Assembly (NCBI GenBank): GCA_035627655.1 | Contig: DASPLI010000001.1 | Location: 24,265 to 88,264, forward strand | DNA length: 64,000 nucleotides | Direction: 5' to 3' | DNA from: Minisyncoccota bacterium | GTDB taxonomy: Bacteria > Patescibacteriota > Minisyncoccia > Phycocordibacterales > Phycocordibacteraceae | Shown here: piece by piece, positions 46,933 through 56,221 of the stretch | How positions within the stretch are numbered: the first letter of the stretch is position 1 | How the letters are laid out: the number at the start of each line of letters is the position of its first letter | Notes under the pieces: generated by a model | Seen by the model: only the letters and a program-made list of their open reading frames with translations | Told to the model about the DNA's origin: nothing | Databases searched by the model: none | Program-made: the position numbers and the translations under genes

Positions 46933-49455
46933 CTATGTAGAGGAAACGATATCCCAACCTTCCGCGAGAAGTGACTCTGCTTTCTTATATTTCAACGTTT
47001 GAATCTCCTCTCCTTTCTTTATGGTCACCAAATCGTTGCGACCGTATGCCACCTGCTTTACGACAGTTCCAGCCTGTCCTTCAGTTGCAGCAAGTATCTT
47101 TGCTCGAGTCTTAGCTTCTTCAGCTTTGATGCGCGCATCGTCTGCCGGAATTATGCGTGGAAGCGCTCCACGAACAGCAGCTGCAACACCCTCTTCCATT
47201 GCACGGAATTGCGTCAGGCCTTCTCGACGATATTCAATCAACGGATCACGCTGACCGTACGCCCGCAGCGACACAGAGCGGCGAAGATACTCCATCGTCT
47301 CAAGCTGCTCAAGCCAGAACGTGTCCGTAATCTGCAGAAGAAGCCGTCGCAGCACCTTAGGGAAAGCTTCCTTGAATTCCTCTTGCTTACGTACAAATGC
47401 GGCTTCTGCCTCCTGATCGCCGGTAATAAGGTCTTGAATCGTCTGGAGAATCTCCTCATCGGAACCTAAGAGCGCGGTTCTGCGGCGTCCATAGACCGCA
47501 AGGCGCTGCGTATTCAATACGTCGTCATAGGCAAGCACCTGTTTACGCGCGTCAAAGTTGAAGCCCTCAATCCGGCGCTGTGCGGTCTCAAGCGCTTTCG
47601 TGATCATGCCGCTTTGAATAGGCTCATCTTCTGGGATACGGAACGTTCCCATAACGTTCTTGACCATGTCGGAAGCGAACACGCGCATAAGACGGTCCTC
47701 CAGCGATACGTAAAATTGGGTTGCGCCAGGATCTCCCTGTCGGCCTGAGCGACCACGGAGCTGATCGTCAATGCGCCGTGCTTCATGTCGCTCGGTACCA
47801 ATAACAGCAAGTCCTCCGGCAGTCAGTACCTTGTCCCGCTCCTGCGAGTCCACAGGTGCGCCGCCAAGCTTAATGTCGACGCCGCGACCAGCGAGGTTCG
47901 TGGCTACGGTAACTCGACCATACCGGCCGGCCTGAGCGATAATCTCGCCTTCTCGTTCGTGATTCTTGGCGTTGAGAACCTCATGCGGAATACCAGCGTC
48001 TTTGAGCACTTTAGAGACGATTTCGTTGTCTTCAATCGAGACAGTGCCGATCAAGACTGGCTGCCCTTGCTCATGCATGATCTGTACTTGGCGTGCGAGG
48101 GCCTTATACTTTCCGGCAGTTGTCTGGAAGATAAGATCGTTATGGTCTATACGAGCAATCGGCTTGTTGGTCGGTACTACGACCACTTCAAGCTTATAGA
48201 CGGTATAAAACTCCTCCTCGGATGAGAGACCGGTACCGGTCATGCCAGCCAACGCCTCATACATACGGAAATAGTTCTGGAACGTGACGGAGGCATAAGT
48301 CCGGGTTTCCTTGCGTACCGGCACCCCCTCCTTTGCTTCTACAGCCTGGTGGAGTCCCTCAGACCAGCGCCGGCCCGGCTGCAGACGACCCGTAAACTCG
48401 TCTACAATGACGACTTCTCCGTCTTTCACAACGTATTCTTTATCTTTCCGGAAGAGAGCTTTGGCGCGTACTGCCGTTTCAAGATGGTGGGCATATCGCA
48501 TGCCACCCTCGGTATACAAGTTCTCAATACCGAGCGCTCTTTCTGCCTTTTCTATACCCTCAGGAGTGATCTGTACGGCACGCTGTTTCTCGTCAACCGT
48601 GTAATCGGGTCCTTCTTCAAAAGAAGCGACGATCTGGGAAAACCGCTCGTAAAAACCCTCAGCATCCGCCGCTGGTCCGGAAATAATAAGCGGGGTACGC
48701 GCCTCGTCTATCAAAATAGAGTCGACTTCGTCGATGATTGCGTAGTGGTGTCCTCGTTGAACAATTTGTGCAGGGTCGTAAGCGGTATTATCTCGCAAGT
48801 AGTCAAAGCCGAGCTCGTTATTGGTAGCGTACGTAAGATCGGCAGCATATGCTTCCTTTTTTGTCGCTGGGCGCAGATAGTCGTAAAAAATACGGAATGA
48901 CCCTTCAGCATCTCGTTCTACATCTTCTTCGGTCTGCACGTGCGACGCGTCATATATATAAGCGCCAGTTGAGGTAACAACACCGACAGAGAGTCCAAGA
49001 TACGCATAGACCTGTCCCATCCATGATGCGTCACGACGGGCAAGGTAGTCGTTCACCGTCACAATGTGAACCCCCTTTCCGGCAAGAGCACGGAGTGTTG
49101 CGGCAAGAGTCGCAACCAGCGTCTTACCTTCACCCGTTCGCATTTCTGCAATCTTTCCGTGAGCAAGGGCAAGGCCACCGATCAATTGCACGTCATAATG
49201 ACGCTCCCCAAGCGTTCGCCTTGCAGCCTCGCGAGTAAGCGCGAATGCCTCTGCAATATCAGTATCCGAGGGATCAGCAAGAGCGAGGCGTTCTTTAAGC
49301 TTTCCGGTCCGAGCCTGCATCTCCTCCTGAGAAAGGTCCTGGAGCTCAGCCTCCAGGACCCCTGCCCGCTCAATAAGGGGTTGGGCAGCCTTGAGGAAGG
49401 CTGTGGACTGGTTCTTGGAAAAGGCGCGTCCGAGAAAACCTGACATAGGCCGCAC
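46933..49455 (-). CDS. secA: Protein translocase subunit SecA.
   Basis: 840 aa. The DEAD-like motor (EMRTGEGKTLVATLAA, MTGTGLSSEEEF), SecA scaffold and wing domains are present. The start may be the Met at 49446. Confidence 0.95.
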   Translation of the reverse strand: MRPMSGFLGRAFSKNQSTAFLKAAQPLIERAGVLEAELQDLSQEEMQARTGKLKERLALADPSDTDIAEAFALTREAARRTLGERHYDVQLIGGLALAHGKIAEMRTGEGKTLVATLAATLRALAGKGVHIVTVNDYLARRDASWMGQVYAYLGLSVGVVTSTGAYIYDASHVQTEEDVERDAEGSFRIFYDYLRPATKKEAYAADLTYATNNELGFDYLRDNTAYDPAQIVQRGHHYAIIDEVDSILIDEARTPLIISGPAADAEGFYERFSQIVASFEEGPDYTVDEKQRAVQITPEGIEKAERALGIENLYTEGGMRYAHHLETAVRAKALFRKDKEYVVKDGEVVIVDEFTGRLQPGRRWSEGLHQAVEAKEGVPVRKETRTYASVTFQNYFRMYEALAGMTGTGLSSEEEFYTVYKLEVVVVPTNKPIARIDHNDLIFQTTAGKYKALARQVQIMHEQGQPVLIGTVSIEDNEIVSKVLKDAGIPHEVLNAKNHEREGEIIAQAGRYGRVTVATNLAGRGVDIKLGGAPVDSQERDKVLTAGGLAVIGTERHEARRIDDQLRGRSGRQGDPGATQFYVSLEDRLMRVFASDMVKNVMGTFRIPEDEPIQSGMITKALETAQRRIEGFNFDARKQVLAYDDVLNTQRLAVYGRRRTALLGSDEEILQTIQDLITGDQEAEAAFVRKQEEFKEAFPKVLRRLLLQITDTFWLEQLETMEYLRRSVSLRAYGQRDPLIEYRREGLTQFRAMEEGVAAAVRGALPRIIPADDARIKAEEAKTRAKILAATEGQAGTVVKQVAYGRNDLVTIKKGEEIQTLKYKKAESLLAEGWDIVSST

Positions 49456-49485
49456 TATAACACTTTAGGCGTTTTGATGCCTTAA

Positions 49486-49521
49486 AAACAAACAAACCTC
49501 CGAGAGGAGGTTTGTTTGTTT
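49486..49521. terminator. Perfect palindromic hairpin terminator, bidirectional.
   Basis: aaacaaacaaacctcc-gaga-ggaggtttgtttgttt gives a 16 bp perfect stem. It begins 7 nt past the stop codon of the 28 aa ORF. Confidence 0.55.
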
Positions 49522-49527
49522 CGCGCA

Positions 49528-49614
49528 TTACTTGCGCTTTGCAGTCTTGCGGCGCTTCTTTGCTGCCTTCTTGGTGGTCTTCTTTGCAGCCTTGCGTGCC
49601 TTCTTCTTTGCCAT
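49528..49614 (-). CDS. Tiny lysine-rich basic protein of 28 aa. It is below the size cutoff of the ORF track.
   Basis: My own translation: ATG GCA AAG AAG AAG GCA CGC AAG GCT GCA AAG AAG ACC ACC AAG AAG GCA GCA AAG AAG CGC CGC AAG ACT GCA AAG CGC AAG TAA gives MAKKKARKAAKKTTKKAAKKRRKTAKRK. Calculated pI is very high. A perfect terminator follows. An AT-rich putative promoter region lies upstream. Confidence 0.4.
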   Translation of the reverse strand: MAKKKARKAAKKTTKKAAKKRRKTAKRK

Positions 49615-49751
49615 GGTGATTAGTACATTACAAGCTTGTATTCGACCCACTTACGCGCGTGAAATAAATTTTCTCGCGTGAAGTGTCCTACAACGTATTA
49701 TTGCGCGCAGAAAAATTTTTTGTGCGAGAAAAGCGCGAGCTGTGGATAACT

Positions 49752-49771
49752 TTGCAAAAATATTTTTGCAA
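49752..49771. promoter_or_regulatory. Perfect 20 bp palindrome, TTGCAAAAATATTTTTGCAA.
   Basis: The sequence equals its own reverse complement. It lies 4 nt downstream of the Wzy_C gene stop, inside a 160 bp AT-rich spacer that also carries direct CGCGTGAA repeats. It could be a weak terminator or an operator. Confidence 0.3.
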
Positions 49772-49775
49772 AAAA

Positions 49776-51890
49776 TTACTTCAACGAATTTAAAAATTCT
49801 GTTCCGACAGAAATTGTTTCTGGAAACAGCGACATCATGCGCTGAATTTCTGCACGTGCGTTTGCTGTTTGTCCTGCGGCTACGTATGCCTGCGCGAGCG
49901 CGAGCCGCTGTTCCGAACTGCGTGGATAATTTCGCACACGAAGTTCGGCCGACTGAATCCATTTGTCATACGCCTTCACGTCAGCATAGGCAAAGCGCAG
50001 AATGTCATAGTCTAGTGTTGTTGTGCCAAAACGATTCATGAGGAAAGCGTCAGCTGCAGCCATGTTGCCAGTAATAACAGAACCGGCTGCTGCGTACGCA
50101 GCAGGCTCGTCGAAGGACGGATCAAGTGCATACGCCGCCTCAAAATCTTCTCGAGCTCCGGTTCGATCTCCTGCCTGCCAGCGCATAGAACCGCGCTGTA
50201 AAAGAGTTGTTTGTTTCTTCGGTGAAAGCTCATGGGCTGCGGTTGCCTGTGCGACCGCTTCTGCGCTCAAACCACCAGCAAGCAGACCCGCCGCAAATTC
50301 GAGCCGAAGTCGCGGATCGCCTGGCACGCGAGCAACTTCCTTCTGCATTTCATTGAGCGCACTTATGTATACCTGCTCCTTAAGCTCAACGGGCAGCTGC
50401 GGATTACGAATAATGGCAACTGCGGCAAGCAGGTACTGTTCTCGCAGCTCCTGTGTCGCAAATGAGTTGCTCGTTAGCGCTGTACTAAAGCTACTAATAG
50501 CGGTCATGGGATCACGTGTGCTAAGACCCCGAATAAGAGCCTGGCTTGCGACAATGCCGGGAACGTTTACAAACCACAGCACCAGTACCGTCACAATAAG
50601 CGCAACAGGAGCAATAACGACACCGCGCAGTGCGGGCACCTGCTCAAACAGCTTCCAGGGACGAGCGGTTTGCGCATAGATGTACGCGATAACTGCCGCA
50701 AGTAATACGTAGGAAAATAGGTTATCGAACACAAAGAGCGCTTGAAAGCCGTATGCAGCAAGAGCTCCCGTGAGGAAAATACGCTCGGTAATTGAGCCGG
50801 GACCGCGCCAAAGCGCATAAAGCGTTACGCCAAGCAGCGACAAAAAGAGGACGAACGCTGGCAGTCCTCCTGCAGAAAGCCAATCAATGTAGACATTGTG
50901 CGCTCGGTCGAACCACGGCTCCTGCGCATAGAGCGAAGGCTCGTAGTATTTCGCAAACACGAAGTTAAAGCCCTCGTGCCCCCAACCGGTTATGGGACGA
51001 TCAAGGAATCCTTTCCAAGCCATACTCCAGAGCGTCAATCGTGTTTCAGCATCCGCAAATGAGATGGAGGCAATGCGGCCAAAACTTGGATCGTTTCGCA
51101 CCACATCAATGTCCTTGATTGCCCAGAAACCAGCGATAACAAGGACCCCGGCAATCAGTGCGCCAAGCGCAATTCGACGCGCTGCCCTAACACGAAGAGC
51201 ATACAAAAACGCGATTAGGAGCGCTGAGGCCACGAACGCAAGCATGGCACCGCGTGTCGCGGTAGCGAACAGTAAGATTGTTTGCACCCCTACGAGCGCA
51301 AAGAGTCCGTACCGGAGCCATCCTCGCGACTCGATTCCCTGCCAAACCGCAATCGCGATAACGAAGAGAAGATAGGCCGCAAAGTATGCCGCGTTGCCGA
51401 AGCTCGCATCAAGACGGACGCCACCTTGGTGAATCGCGAGGAGTCCCATAAGCTGCAACACGCCATAACCAGCAATGAGAACAGACGCGCCGAGGAACAC
51501 GCGCCACCAAGACTTCCAAAGCTTCTCAACGGTAAGCACAGATCCCATAACCAGAAAGAGTAGGAAAACGTGGATCATGGTGATCCAACCGTCCATGCGC
51601 TCGTAATTGCTCCAGAATGCTTTATGGGCGTTTGGCGCTACCAGATCAGCAAGGAACATCCAAGCAACGAAGAGCGCATAGATAGCGAGTATCCAGGAGA
51701 AGCGTGGACGATATCGCGGATCAAGAGCCGCAAGCACCACCCACGCACCAACAGCAATTTCAACGAGAATACGGAACGCAAACCCCTTACTCGCAATAAA
51801 CGGAAAGAAAAGGTCGCCCGCAACATAGAGCGGCAGGACCGGAATTATGAACAGCGCGCCAAGAACGATCCATCGCGCAGCCGCCTGCAT
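49776..51890 (-). CDS. O-antigen ligase (Wzy_C) family membrane protein fused to C-terminal TPR repeats.
   Basis: About 12 TM helices with a large loop, then ~230 aa of TPR-like helical repeats (AYALDPSFDEPAAYAAAG...LALAQAYVAAGQTANARAEI). Confidence 0.55.
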   Translation of the reverse strand: MQAAARWIVLGALFIIPVLPLYVAGDLFFPFIASKGFAFRILVEIAVGAWVVLAALDPRYRPRFSWILAIYALFVAWMFLADLVAPNAHKAFWSNYERMDGWITMIHVFLLFLVMGSVLTVEKLWKSWWRVFLGASVLIAGYGVLQLMGLLAIHQGGVRLDASFGNAAYFAAYLLFVIAIAVWQGIESRGWLRYGLFALVGVQTILLFATATRGAMLAFVASALLIAFLYALRVRAARRIALGALIAGVLVIAGFWAIKDIDVVRNDPSFGRIASISFADAETRLTLWSMAWKGFLDRPITGWGHEGFNFVFAKYYEPSLYAQEPWFDRAHNVYIDWLSAGGLPAFVLFLSLLGVTLYALWRGPGSITERIFLTGALAAYGFQALFVFDNLFSYVLLAAVIAYIYAQTARPWKLFEQVPALRGVVIAPVALIVTVLVLWFVNVPGIVASQALIRGLSTRDPMTAISSFSTALTSNSFATQELREQYLLAAVAIIRNPQLPVELKEQVYISALNEMQKEVARVPGDPRLRLEFAAGLLAGGLSAEAVAQATAAHELSPKKQTTLLQRGSMRWQAGDRTGAREDFEAAYALDPSFDEPAAYAAAGSVITGNMAAADAFLMNRFGTTTLDYDILRFAYADVKAYDKWIQSAELRVRNYPRSSEQRLALAQAYVAAGQTANARAEIQRMMSLFPETISVGTEFLNSLK

Positions 51891-51900
51891 AGTGTTGGCA

Positions 51901-52995
51901 CTATAGCACAGCCTGTACGCCTCCCTGTTTTAGTAGTGGTAGCGCTTTATTGAAATAAGCATCAAAGCGGAGGTAGTTTCTGTATACTTCTCGTGCTCGT
52001 TTTTGCATCTCTGCGTACTCTTCGTCAGAAAGTTTATTCCAAATATCCATAATGTAATTCCCTATACAACCAATTTTATGATACGGAACTCGTATAGTGA
52101 AAGTTGAATAGTCAAGATACTGTTCAAACGGCAGGATCATATCTGTGTCAATTAAGACCGGTATCCGTCCAAGAGAAAGGGTCTCGTAAAACCGGGCCGA
52201 GAAATTTCCATCGCCTTTCGGACAAAGAATAAAGTCACTTTCCAGAATATTTTCTATAAACTCGGACCGGAGAGATTGAGGGTCTTCTTTTATGGTAGCG
52301 GTGTTTCCAGAAAACGAAGACCGAATGACGAACAGCTTTTCTATTCTTGTATCGCGCTCTAACAGCTGTATGGCTTTGCGTCGGAAATAGATCCCCCTCT
52401 TATATTGAGTACGACTGCTAAGGTCTAGAAAGAAGTTTTCAAAATAGTACTTAATTCGCGCTCGCAAGTTTGGAAATCCTGCATAACCACAAAAACCAAC
52501 AATTGGTTTCCTACTTCCTTTTACCCGAAGCGAAGATTTTACTCTTTCTCCTAAATCTTCAGTAAAAGATGCAAATAGTATCTCGTTACTTCGTCTTGCA
52601 GAGCGGTACTCTGAAGGTTTGAATACAATATAGGCCGGATGTTGAATATGCACTCGATGACAGAGATCGCCTGTTAAAAATACAATCACCTGCTTATTTA
52701 GAGATTCTGCATGGGAACCAACTTCATCTAAATATACTTTGATATCTGGAGTAATTTTTCTAATCGACTGCGGCACTATAAGAAAATCTGCTTCTTGTGG
52801 TTCTTTTACTTCTTGAGTTGTGGTAATGGCAAAATCATGAGGTGTTTCCTTAAAGAGTACCTTACGTTCTCCTGTAGCGTTCACTTGTAAAGGGTCAAGT
52901 AACCTGATCTTAGATTTTCTTGAGAAAACATGGGTCACATAGAGCCGTACAAGATTCATTCCGAGAATGATACCAGGTGTTACAATGCTTTCCAC
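51901..52995 (-). CDS. Exostosin-like (GT47-type) GT-B glycosyltransferase.
   Basis: The C-terminal FILCPKGDGNFSARFYETLSLGRIPVLI matches the exostosin-family pattern F-C-L-x-P-x-G-D-x-x-S-x-R-x-F-E-(A/T)-L-x-x-G-x-I-P-V. The start is probably the internal Met at 52959, which avoids overlap with the divergent methyltransferase. Confidence 0.5.
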   Translation of the reverse strand: MESIVTPGIILGMNLVRLYVTHVFSRKSKIRLLDPLQVNATGERKVLFKETPHDFAITTTQEVKEPQEADFLIVPQSIRKITPDIKVYLDEVGSHAESLNKQVIVFLTGDLCHRVHIQHPAYIVFKPSEYRSARRSNEILFASFTEDLGERVKSSLRVKGSRKPIVGFCGYAGFPNLRARIKYYFENFFLDLSSRTQYKRGIYFRRKAIQLLERDTRIEKLFVIRSSFSGNTATIKEDPQSLRSEFIENILESDFILCPKGDGNFSARFYETLSLGRIPVLIDTDMILPFEQYLDYSTFTIRVPYHKIGCIGNYIMDIWNKLSDEEYAEMQKRAREVYRNYLRFDAYFNKALPLLKQGGVQAVL

Positions 52996-53767
52996 AATGA
53001 ATTTAAAGCGGGTTCTGAGGCACTGGCTCTCTATTCCTAAAGCAGACCATCACATGGTGCCTGATATATATGGGCGCTCCGCTAGTAAAATGACTGACAT
53101 AAGGTCCGATACGAATTTTCTCAAATTAGCTGATTCTGCCCGCGCAAACCGAAGAACCCTCTTATACTACGACCGTCTACATACTATTTATCAGTCCCTC
53201 AGGAATCTTGATCGACTTATTCCTAAAAATGAAGTGTTACGCGCAGCGGAAATTGGGGTATACAAAGGCGGAGGTTCTTACTTCATTTCCTCAGTCTTAG
53301 AGAATCTCGGGAGGCAAGCTGAACACTTCGCTGTCGATACTTTCGAAGGACACAGTGTCCAAGATCTTCCCCTCGGTCACGAGGGAGGACATGTGCCAAA
53401 ACAGTTCGACAAAACTGATTTTGAAGACGTGCAAGCGTATCTTGCTCGTTTCCCTACGACTACCGTTATCAAAGGCCGCATACAGGACGCAGCCAAAAAA
53501 CTAGGACCGTCACCATTCCACTTTCTGCACCTTGATATGGATATTTACGAACCAACGCTCTTTGCTCTGAACGAGTACGTAACAAGAATGGGGGTTGGAG
53601 GAGTAGTAGTTATCGATGACTATGGGTTTACAACATGCCCAGGTATTAAGAAGGCGGTAGACGAATATCTGGAAACCACGAGCGGGTTTCTACGTCTGGA
53701 ACTTCTTACGGGTCAATGTATCCTTATAAAACTTAGAGACGAAACACAAAAAGAGGCTAGTGTCTAA
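52967..53767 (+). CDS. TylF/MycF-family (macrocin-type) sugar O-methyltransferase.
   Basis: FHFLHLDMDIYEPTLFALNEYVTRMGVGGVVVIDDYG..CPGIKKAVDEY is the conserved metal-binding D-x-D...IDDYG core of the TylF family. Confidence 0.6.
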   Translation: MIPGVTMLSTMNLKRVLRHWLSIPKADHHMVPDIYGRSASKMTDIRSDTNFLKLADSARANRRTLLYYDRLHTIYQSLRNLDRLIPKNEVLRAAEIGVYKGGGSYFISSVLENLGRQAEHFAVDTFEGHSVQDLPLGHEGGHVPKQFDKTDFEDVQAYLARFPTTTVIKGRIQDAAKKLGPSPFHFLHLDMDIYEPTLFALNEYVTRMGVGGVVVIDDYGFTTCPGIKKAVDEYLETTSGFLRLELLTGQCILIKLRDETQKEASV

Positions 53768-53793
53768 CACCTCTCGATACGGGTCGAGAGGTG
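53768..53793. terminator. Hairpin lying exactly between two convergent stop codons.
   Basis: cacctctcga-tacggg-tcgagaggtg forms a perfect 10 bp stem. The stop at 53765-53767 is on the plus strand and the stop at 53794-53796 is on the minus strand. Confidence 0.5.
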
Positions 53794-54897
53794 TTACCGC
53801 TTCCAGGAAAGCGCAGATTCTGGAAGCATCGTATCAGCCGGAATATCGGAATCAGCAATGCGACCAATGATACCTTCAAGGTGAACTGGATTGATACCAC
53901 TTCCCGGGATCTTTGTAACAAGGTCGTCTGCGGTCACCCGCTGGCCCTTTTGAATATCCCGTGCCGCAACAATGCTCTTTGCAAGCTTGTTTCTGACCAC
54001 CAGTTCCCCTTCATGGATGCGCTTTTCGAGAGAACCAAGCAGCTTCTCAACGCGACGAATGCCATCAACCATTTCTTTGAACATAGGCGGATCGATGGAC
54101 ATGTGGTGGTCAGAACCACGCATTGTTCGATCAAGCGTGAAATGGCGTTCAACGGTCGTAGCACCCATGCCAACCGACACAATCGTTGGGAGAATGTCCG
54201 GTTCGTGACCAGAATATCCAACCGGCAGCGGTGCATAGCGCTTCCGAAGAACACTCACCATATTGAGATCAACGTTCTCGTCCGGAGTCGGATATATAGA
54301 CGTGCAGTGATTGACGATAAGACGGTTGTTGTAAGAAAGAATAGTTTCAATCGCGCGATCCATCTCCTCTAAGGAAGACATGCCGGTCGAAAGAAGAATT
54401 GGCTTGTCCTTCTTTGCAACGTGAATAAGAAGCGGCTGGTTCGTAATGTCGAACGAGGAAATCTTGTAGGCATGGACGCCAATGGACTCAAGCTCGTCTG
54501 CACTTGCGATATCGTGCGGAGTTGCAAAGAAGATCATGCCGAGGTTCTCGGTGTAGTCGTTGAGTTTTTTATAGTCCTCAATCGTAAGTTCTTGATTGCG
54601 GCGATGCTCACCATACGTCTTGCCGAAAGAACGCTCGTTCACATACGGCATTTCCTTCATTTCCTTTGAAATGAGCGCTTCCACATCGCGCTTCTGGAAC
54701 TTCACAGCATCTGCACCGGCGTCAGCCGCCGCCTTAATGGTGCGCATCGCAAGGTTAAAGTCGCCGTTATGGTTGTTCCCAATCTCAGCAATGATAAACA
54801 CCGGGTGCCCCTCCCCGACTGGTCGGGTGCCAATCTTCACGCGCTTAGGCAGGAGGCCAAACAAGCGCTTGAGGTTGGTGGAAAGTGGTGCTGCCAT
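53794..54897 (-). CDS. NeuB-family nonulosonic acid synthase (N-acetylneuraminate, pseudaminate or legionaminate synthase).
   Basis: The TIM-barrel NeuB core includes IIAEIGNNHNGD, AGADAVKFQK and NHCTSIYPTP. The C-terminal SAF domain includes HLEGIIGRIADSDIP. Confidence 0.8.
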   Translation of the reverse strand: MAAPLSTNLKRLFGLLPKRVKIGTRPVGEGHPVFIIAEIGNNHNGDFNLAMRTIKAAADAGADAVKFQKRDVEALISKEMKEMPYVNERSFGKTYGEHRRNQELTIEDYKKLNDYTENLGMIFFATPHDIASADELESIGVHAYKISSFDITNQPLLIHVAKKDKPILLSTGMSSLEEMDRAIETILSYNNRLIVNHCTSIYPTPDENVDLNMVSVLRKRYAPLPVGYSGHEPDILPTIVSVGMGATTVERHFTLDRTMRGSDHHMSIDPPMFKEMVDGIRRVEKLLGSLEKRIHEGELVVRNKLAKSIVAARDIQKGQRVTADDLVTKIPGSGINPVHLEGIIGRIADSDIPADTMLPESALSWKR

Positions 54898-54945
54898 AAG
54901 TAGCGGTAAGCATACTCCTCTTGGGTCGTTTTTTCAAATACAAAA

Positions 54946-54968
54946 AACGCCCTGCCGTGCAGGGCGTT
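54946..54968 (-). terminator. Rho-independent terminator downstream of the cupin gene.
   Basis: aacgccctg-ccgtg-cagggcgtt, followed on the minus strand by TTTTTTG. Confidence 0.45.
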
Positions 54969-54979
54969 TAGAGTTGTTT

Positions 54980-55492
54980 CTAGGCTTTGTACGGCTGGCG
55001 CGGGAACCCAACCTCAACTTGGTCAAGCGTTGTTGTCGGAAGACCGCCTTCAGGGATCATTTCGCCATAGCGCTCTTCCGAACGAACCCGATCATTAAAG
55101 ACTGGATTCGATACTTCGAAGATCACAAGGTCCTCAAGTGCCGTCTCGCGATGCACTGCCCCCGGGGGGATGTGTAGCGCTTCGCCAGGGCCGAGTTCTC
55201 GAGAGACGATAGTTCCGTCGCCCGGATCCCATTCAACCAAGAGTCGGCCGGACAAAATGTACCCGGCTTCGTCTTTCAGTCGGTGGAATTGCAGACCGCC
55301 ACGCGAGCCTTTCTTGTATTTAAGGAGCTTACCCGTATAGAGGTCCGTATGGATGAGGAGCACTTCCTCACCCCACGGACGCTCCCAAACTTCTGGTGTA
55401 AGAAACTCCACGACTGGTTTCTTTTCATCCTGCATGAATTTCTCCCGTGTGTTTGGCAAACGGACTCTAATGGATTTTCCGGTCTTGGTCAA
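54980..55492 (-). CDS. Cupin-fold protein, sugar epimerase/ketoisomerase-like.
   Basis: GGLQFHRLKDEAGYILSGRLLV...GEALHIPPGAVHR carries the two-motif cupin signature. The function within the glycan locus is not assigned. Confidence 0.45.
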   Translation of the reverse strand: MTKTGKSIRVRLPNTREKFMQDEKKPVVEFLTPEVWERPWGEEVLLIHTDLYTGKLLKYKKGSRGGLQFHRLKDEAGYILSGRLLVEWDPGDGTIVSRELGPGEALHIPPGAVHRETALEDLVIFEVSNPVFNDRVRSEERYGEMIPEGGLPTTTLDQVEVGFPRQPYKA

Positions 55493-55502
55493 TCTGCGTG
55501 AG

Positions 55503-56219
55503 CTATGACTCGCTTTGACGTCGCCTCAGGAGCTCCTCGGCCACCATGAAATCTACGTCGGTATCAATATCGATCGCTTCTGATTTTGGTACTTGAAGGT
55601 ATCGAATCTTATTCCCTGCCATGCTTCGGTCTTCGACTAACGTCTTCCAACGCAGTGCAATCACATCAATGTGCTGATGGGCCTCGGGAAATGATTGCCG
55701 GGGGAGATTGTGCGCGTCTTTAAGACCTATAAATTCCTCAGACAAAAACGGCACCAGATAGTCTCCCTCCGTTTTCCAGAGCTTATACGGATGCTTGGCA
55801 GCAGGAACAACGGTGCGCGAAGAGTCGGCTACAGGGTCATTCAAGAGAAGCTCTATGCAAGCATCGATGCGTTCAGGGGTGCACAGAGGCGCGGTAGGTG
55901 GCAACCGAACGATGATATCCGCTTTCCAGCCCTCCTGTTTATACAGCCAAGTGGCCGCGTGATGTAGATAGTCAAAATCCGGCACGGCGTCTCCAGACAA
56001 CTCGTCCGGACGAATAAAGGGCACTTCGATACCAAGCTCGCCTGCAAGCTGGGCATACTCCGGGGAATCCGTTGAAACGATGATGCGGCTCAAGTGCTTT
56101 GATTTCTTCCCCGCCTCCGCAATCCAGGCAAACAACGGCTTACCAAGGAGCGGTTGTATATTCTTATGCGGGATGGATTTTGAGCCAGACCGTGCGCCGA
56201 TAACGCCGAGGATGTTCAT
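55503..56219 (-). CDS. Acylneuraminate cytidylyltransferase family enzyme (CMP-nonulosonic acid synthetase, NeuA/PseF/LegF-like).
   Basis: MNILGVIGARSGSKSIPHKNIQPLLGKPL is the CTP_transf_3 N-terminal signature. Confidence 0.75.
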   Translation of the reverse strand: MNILGVIGARSGSKSIPHKNIQPLLGKPLFAWIAEAGKKSKHLSRIIVSTDSPEYAQLAGELGIEVPFIRPDELSGDAVPDFDYLHHAATWLYKQEGWKADIIVRLPPTAPLCTPERIDACIELLLNDPVADSSRTVVPAAKHPYKLWKTEGDYLVPFLSEEFIGLKDAHNLPRQSFPEAHQHIDVIALRWKTLVEDRSMAGNKIRYLQVPKSEAIDIDTDVDFMVAEELLRRRQSES

Positions 56220-56221
56220 GG

